A stretch of DNA of 64,000 nt from Neophaeotheca triangularis (Eukaryota), in NCBI GenBank assembly GCA_054600435.1, contig BAAIJX010000062.1, positions 1-64,000 on the forward strand, given 5' to 3'. The notes under the pieces are model-generated. The model saw nothing but the letters and a program-made list of their open reading frames with translations, searched no databases and was not told the origin of the DNA. Shown here one piece after another: positions 59,274-64,000 of the stretch. Every line of letters begins with the position of its first letter. Positions within the stretch are counted from its first letter, which is position 1. The position numbers and the translations under genes were made by a program.

Positions 59274-59756
59274 ATGAAGCAGAATTACCGATTTTGCAAA
59301 TATAATCCTTCAAATTGCTCTGTGACAAAGAATACATGGATACCTGCGTGCAGTGAAGAGATTCTAGTATTCAGTATGGGTGGATGTGATTGGCAGAAGT
59401 TTGTCGAGATATTATGTTGTGTATATTGGGGATATCTACAGTCGAGCGCAAATTTGGCGATAACAAGTCTTGCGGAGAGGGATAACATCTTGACTCCGGC
59501 TCAGGACATGAGCAAAGAGCATCACCGCATGGTCTTGTTAGCCGACTGAAAGATTGGATGGCTGGTCGGGGGAAGTAAAGGTGATAAGAGAAGGTATCAA
59601 AAAGGGCCGCAGCGCTCGCTGGAAAGTCTTTCTTCGCTGCACTGACTTGATGTCTTCGCGTAGCAATCACAGCTTCTGGCAGAAACACACGACTGGAGTA
59701 GGTTACCACTGCTGAGACCTTCGTGGCAAGCATCACCGCCTCCGCTCAGCAAAGCC

Positions 59757-61790
59757 TTACCCCGCAGCATCCAGCCCACCCCTCACCTCCTCCTCATTAC
59801 CATCCCCTTCCTCTTGTGCAAGCTTCTCCCTAGCCTCCCTCTGCTTCCTCTCCACTTCCTGGTTAACCTTAGAAGCCGAACTCACCAACTTTCCACCCTC
59901 AATCTTCCACTCCTGAGTCTTCAGGTTTTTCCAAACCTCCCCAACCTTCACTCTAGCCAAATCCCCGGTCGCACGCGCGTCCTCGAGAGAGTCATGGCCC
60001 CGGTCGCCACCAGTCTGAATGTCTCTCTTCAGGTACTGCGCCGAGAGTTTCTTCAGACCGAAGCGCAAGGGCAGGCCTTTTGGGTGCGGGAATTGCAGGA
60101 TGGTGTCTACAATGGTTGGGTGACAGAGGCGTACGGCGTTGAGATCGTTTTCGAGACCGTGGCCAATTAGTGGTGTAACGGGAGTGAGGTAGGAGCAGAG
60201 GAGTTCGCGCGCTGCTTCGGGAGAGGGGACGATGGGTAGGATGGTGGGTGCTGCTGCTGCTCCGTCGGGGACGGACGTTGATGCAGGAGCTGTGTTTTCC
60301 CATTGTTCGTGGGGGACGGCGTTGGCCCAGTGTTCTGGCCAAATACCGCTGTAGCGGCTGTTCAGGTCGACGATTGTCCCGCGTGGCCGGACGAGGACAT
60401 CGATAAGTTCTTCGCCCAATGGCCAGGTGACTGCGGTCAGGCGGAGGAGCTCGAATCCAAACGACGTGTAACCCATTTCACAATCGAAGGTAACCGCTTC
60501 GACCTTGTTGCCGCTTTTCGTGTTTGATGGCTTCTTGTTCTTGGGAGTATTGATGAAGGGGGTAACGGCGGCTAAGCGAGCTGCATGGCTGGGCTTGAAG
60601 ACATGGCTTTGGTGGGTAGTGCAGCCGGCCGTGCCGACGGTCTCGTTGCAACAGGGAAAGTAGGCCTCTTTGTGCACGGGGTCTCCCTTGTGTCTGTCGG
60701 GAAAGACGCGCCTTGCGAAGTGATATCTGCAAGGACCGTTTGTAGAAAGCATTCCTTCTTCGTTGCGTTCCGGAAAAGCTTGGAAGCGGTTGCCACAACG
60801 ATCGCATTGTTCGTAGTGCTTGCTTGACTCTACTCCTGCAGTAGCCTCGGCGGCAGCCTCTTCTGTTGGCGGTTCGATGATGTAGCCATATTTGGCGAGC
60901 GACTTTTGGTTGGTTACCACCAATCTAGGCAAGACTGAGAGCTCTTCCGACGTGGTGAGTCCAGTGTTGATGACGTTTGGTTGCTTTGGCGCATTTGGAT
61001 CTACGAACGTATTCTTGAGATGTTCGATCCAGGCGTCAATTTTCATTTTCTTGTAGGCAGCAATGCGGTTCTTGATGACATTCGCGTAGACTGACCCCTG
61101 CTCACGCGCAAACTTTTCCTCTTCATCCAGAGCGAGCTTGATGAGGTCCTGTTGATTCATGTGCAGTATGCGAGTACGCTCTGGAGGAAGGTTGGACGTC
61201 GCCACTTGGGAGTTGAGAACGCCCATGGCTTCGTGCAAATACTTGAGGTAAATGGTTCGTTTGTTGTGCCCAACGGGGTCCCTGGCAATCATTCGTGGAT
61301 TGAGGCTCTCCTGGGGTTTGAATTGAGATTTTGCAAGTGGCTTCGAGGTTGATGTGTTGCCTGTGCCGTTCAAAGCTGTTGGCGGGGTTGAGGCCTTCTT
61401 ATCAGAGGGTATTGGAGGTGAGACAGGTCTCTCGAGGCTTGTTGGCGGTTTCAGAGCAGGATCTCGCGGCTCGCCAGAACCAGTCTCAGATTGGTTGGAG
61501 CCTGCATGCTTCTCAGACTTGAGGTGATCGAGTTGACTCCTGATATGGTCCGCTCGACTGGATGGCTTGGCCTCCTCGCTTTCATATGCTATTTTACGGC
61601 GCTTTGTGACGGGCTCAGCAGGCTCGTCCCTACCACGTTTGCTAGTTTGCATCTGAGTATAGCTAGTGGTCTCCACATCGGCTGTTGTTTGTGCAGCGTC
61701 ATCGTGCGCGTAGATGCAGTGTGTCAGGCGGCAAGCTTCGCCCTTTGGACATGGGATGCCTTTGAATAGGTTGGTTGTAGTGAAGACCAT
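59757..61790 (-). CDS. REX3: RNA exonuclease 3 (DEDDh family), about 677 aa
   Basis: N-terminal CCCH motif CPKGEACRLTHCIYAH, Cys/His cluster CDRCGNRF..CRYH..PCC..GC..H..HVFK, and exonuclease motifs FDCEMGYT, LIGHGLENDL and GHDSLEDARATGDL. Confidence 0.92.
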   Translation of the reverse strand: MVFTTTNLFKGIPCPKGEACRLTHCIYAHDDAAQTTADVETTSYTQMQTSKRGRDEPAEPVTKRRKIAYESEEAKPSSRADHIRSQLDHLKSEKHAGSNQSETGSGEPRDPALKPPTSLERPVSPPIPSDKKASTPPTALNGTGNTSTSKPLAKSQFKPQESLNPRMIARDPVGHNKRTIYLKYLHEAMGVLNSQVATSNLPPERTRILHMNQQDLIKLALDEEEKFAREQGSVYANVIKNRIAAYKKMKIDAWIEHLKNTFVDPNAPKQPNVINTGLTTSEELSVLPRLVVTNQKSLAKYGYIIEPPTEEAAAEATAGVESSKHYEQCDRCGNRFQAFPERNEEGMLSTNGPCRYHFARRVFPDRHKGDPVHKEAYFPCCNETVGTAGCTTHQSHVFKPSHAARLAAVTPFINTPKNKKPSNTKSGNKVEAVTFDCEMGYTSFGFELLRLTAVTWPLGEELIDVLVRPRGTIVDLNSRYSGIWPEHWANAVPHEQWENTAPASTSVPDGAAAAPTILPIVPSPEAARELLCSYLTPVTPLIGHGLENDLNAVRLCHPTIVDTILQFPHPKGLPLRFGLKKLSAQYLKRDIQTGGDRGHDSLEDARATGDLARVKVGEVWKNLKTQEWKIEGGKLVSSASKVNQEVERKQREAREKLAQEEGDGNEEEVRGGLDAAG

Positions 61791-62665
61791 ATTGACTGAG
61801 GATGTAAGCGATGAACCGCACCAAGGCCACTGTTGGAGAGCCTCATGGTCTTGCAATCTTACCGTCACGGGGGAACTCTGCCAGGTGTTAGATGTCTGAA
61901 GAGATGCGGTAGGGCTTGCTCGAAAGCCCTTGGAACACTTTGACTGTTGAAGCTAGACCACCCTTTCACCTACCCTCGCATTGGGAAGTCTAGTTTGTGA
62001 AGAAACGGTCAAAGATGTTGCTTTCGGTGTTTAGCATGTGTTGTTGGACTGCACTGGTAGATATCTGCCTGCAGAAAGAGTGAAGGTGAAGGGGGCCAAG
62101 GGGGCGTGAACTGAGGTTCGATAGGAAGCACAGGACGTTTGTTCTGATGGCGCTACGGCCACTTTAGGAAGGGTCCGCCTTGACCACAATCCACCTCACT
62201 TCACCAAGAAGGCCACAACATCTTGTACCGTACTTCCTCTCGCGAGGCTCCCAAACGAGACCGACGGTAGGACAGGTAGTTAGCATACGTAGACGGTTGA
62301 AATATAGGTACTTTAGTTCATGTTCTTCCATCTTCCATGTTGCGCGCGTAAGGGCGAGAATCGGGAAGTCGGATAGATTTTGACCCCGACGACAGATCGC
62401 GGCACAAGCATCGGCCGAGCCCGAACCCGAACCCGAACCCGAGATGCTGATTGATGACGGGAACCTCCAGCACCTTGACTCGGGCTTTCGTCACTACTTT
62501 TTGGACGTTGCAACGTTAAAACCGACGGTCGTTTCGCAGCGGCCGTAAGCATCCACGGTCCGGGCATGTTATCCTAGACCTACCGGTATAGTTGGCTGCC
62601 TGCCTGCGTCTTGTAGGTGGTGCGCCTTCCTTTCTCTACCCTTTCCTACTACATCCTATCCGACC

Positions 62666-64000
62666 ATGGCAGATCACCTCTGTGTTCTAATCCACGGCTT
62701 ATGGGGAAACCCAAGCCATCTCGAACAGTTGCGCTCAACACTGCAGGCGCAACACGAAGGCCTCCATATCCTCGTCGCCAAGTCGAACACTGATTCCTAC
62801 ACCTACGATGGCATCGCGCTCGGCGGTGAGCGTATCACAAATGAAATCGAGCAACAACTGGCCGATCTTTCCTCGACAACAACTATAACCAAAATCAGCA
62901 TAGTTGGCTACAGCTTGGGTGGTTTGATCGCTCGCTACGCTATTGGCCTGCTCTACAAAAATGGCGTTTTCGATGACATCGAGCCAGTCAATTTCACCAC
63001 CTTCGCGACACCACATCTGGGAGTACGGACACCGACGGTAGGATGGAAGGGCGATTTTTGGAACTCGCTAGGCAGCAGGACACTCAGCACGAGCGGGCAG
63101 CAGATGTTCCTCATCGACGATTTCAGGGAGACTGGGAGACCTTTGCTGGGTATCATGGCTGATGCGAACAGTGCCTTTATCAAAGGGCTGGCCAAGTTCA
63201 AGAGCAAGAGCGTGTACGCGAACATCATCAACGACCGCAGCGTACCCTTCTACACTTCTGGAATCTCAGCCACCGACCCATTCGTAGATTTGGAAAGGGT
63301 AAACCTCAACTACGACAAGACCACCGAACCCGACCCCGACGGCAAGCTCGTCATCCTCGAGTCCGAGAAACCCGCGACACCAAAACCCGACGCCCTTGTC
63401 CAGACCTGGGGTCAAACACTCTCGCAAACAGCAAGCAACGTCCCATTATACGCGCTTCTGACCGTCCTCGTCCCTATCGGCGCAACGGTCTTCCTGATCA
63501 ACAGCGGCTACCAAACCTACCAGTCCGCGCGCCGCGTCCGCCTGCACGAAGAGGGCAAAGCGGGCATCAGCCTCGGACGCTATCGAATCCCGCTCCTGGA
63601 AGAAGCAACGCAAATGCGCGATCGCGTGTACTCGCAACTCGCGGAAAGCGAACGGGAAGACTACCTGCCTACCCCTCCGCCCGAAACCTCAACGGGCTCC
63701 TCTTCCGCCGCCTCAACCAACAACGATGTCGAAAAGGCAGTCGCTGGTCCTCCTTCCGTCACTGCAGCTGTAGCGGAGCACCACAGGAAAATCAGCAAGG
63801 ATGAACAGGGGTTTCCCAAATTGGCGTTGACGGACGAGCAATTCAAGATGATTGCGAACTTGGATAAAGTCGGTTTGCGCAAGTTTCCGGTGCATATTCG
63901 CAAGGTTAGGCATACGCATGCAGCTATTATTGTGAGGACGAAGAGGGAGACATTCTCGGAAGGTTGGGTTGTTATCAATCATTGGGCGGAGAGGTTTGAA
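62666..64000 (+). CDS. putative serine esterase/lipase, DUF676 (Rog1-like alpha/beta hydrolase); 3' end beyond the window
   Basis: Absent from the ORF track because no stop lies in the window. Reads MADHLCVLIHGLWGNPSH...TYDGIALGGER...ISIVGYSLGGLIARYAIG (GxSxG)...FTTFATPHLG...YANIINDRSVPFYTS...RHTHAAIIVR. Confidence 0.92.
   Translation, partial: MADHLCVLIHGLWGNPSHLEQLRSTLQAQHEGLHILVAKSNTDSYTYDGIALGGERITNEIEQQLADLSSTTTITKISIVGYSLGGLIARYAIGLLYKNGVFDDIEPVNFTTFATPHLGVRTPTVGWKGDFWNSLGSRTLSTSGQQMFLIDDFRETGRPLLGIMADANSAFIKGLAKFKSKSVYANIINDRSVPFYTSGISATDPFVDLERVNLNYDKTTEPDPDGKLVILESEKPATPKPDALVQTWGQTLSQTASNVPLYALLTVLVPIGATVFLINSGYQTYQSARRVRLHEEGKAGISLGRYRIPLLEEATQMRDRVYSQLAESEREDYLPTPPPETSTGSSSAASTNNDVEKAVAGPPSVTAAVAEHHRKISKDEQGFPKLALTDEQFKMIANLDKVGLRKFPVHIRKVRHTHAAIIVRTKRETFSEGWVVINHWAERFE

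Noticed and set aside
62420..62443. (CCCGAA)3 as an interstitial telomere
   Set aside because: Only three copies and not the CCCTAA unit.
1692..63982. Many long ORFs antisense to or overlapping the called genes (e.g. 3720..4301, 33961..34701, 39383..40132, 55229..55867, 57417..58145)
   Set aside because: Shadow ORFs expected from GC-rich, codon-biased coding DNA.
1..64000. CRISPR arrays, intact transposons, rRNA, secondary-metabolite cluster
   Set aside because: I saw no repeat-spacer arrays, transposase/RT/integrase motifs, LTR or TIR pairs, rRNA-like sequence, or PKS/NRPS domains.

Overview
Gene-dense chromosomal segment of a filamentous ascomycete (Pezizomycotina; Dothideomycetes is my inference from protein style). 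Introns are mostly 50-160 nt GT-AG with CTRAY-type branch sites. About 19 protein-coding genes: Hcs1/IGHMBP2-like helicase, a Cys-rich secreted protein whose signal peptide exon the ORF track misses, a bacterial-type PI-PLC X-domain protein, a single-barrel MetE-like protein, two PY-motif membrane proteins, an SREBP (SrbA-like), a multi-pass hypothetical protein, an ADGF-type adenosine deaminase, a Q-rich protein, FYV10/GID9, two hydrophilin-like proteins, a probable mitochondrial protein, a tandem-BRCT protein, STE2, PLC1, REX3 and a DUF676 lipase cut by the window end. There is also an intron-containing tRNA-Leu(TAA). I found no intact transposon or CRISPR array. The most notable observation is long reading frames broken by a single in-frame stop. 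At 41388 a TGA-CTA-G (the known readthrough context) is followed by 431 open codons that contain a synonymously diverged copy of an upstream module. At 10706 (- strand) a lone TAG splits a 443-codon frame. A weaker third case follows the PI-PLC stop. All calls come from reading the sequence by eye; no database searches were run.
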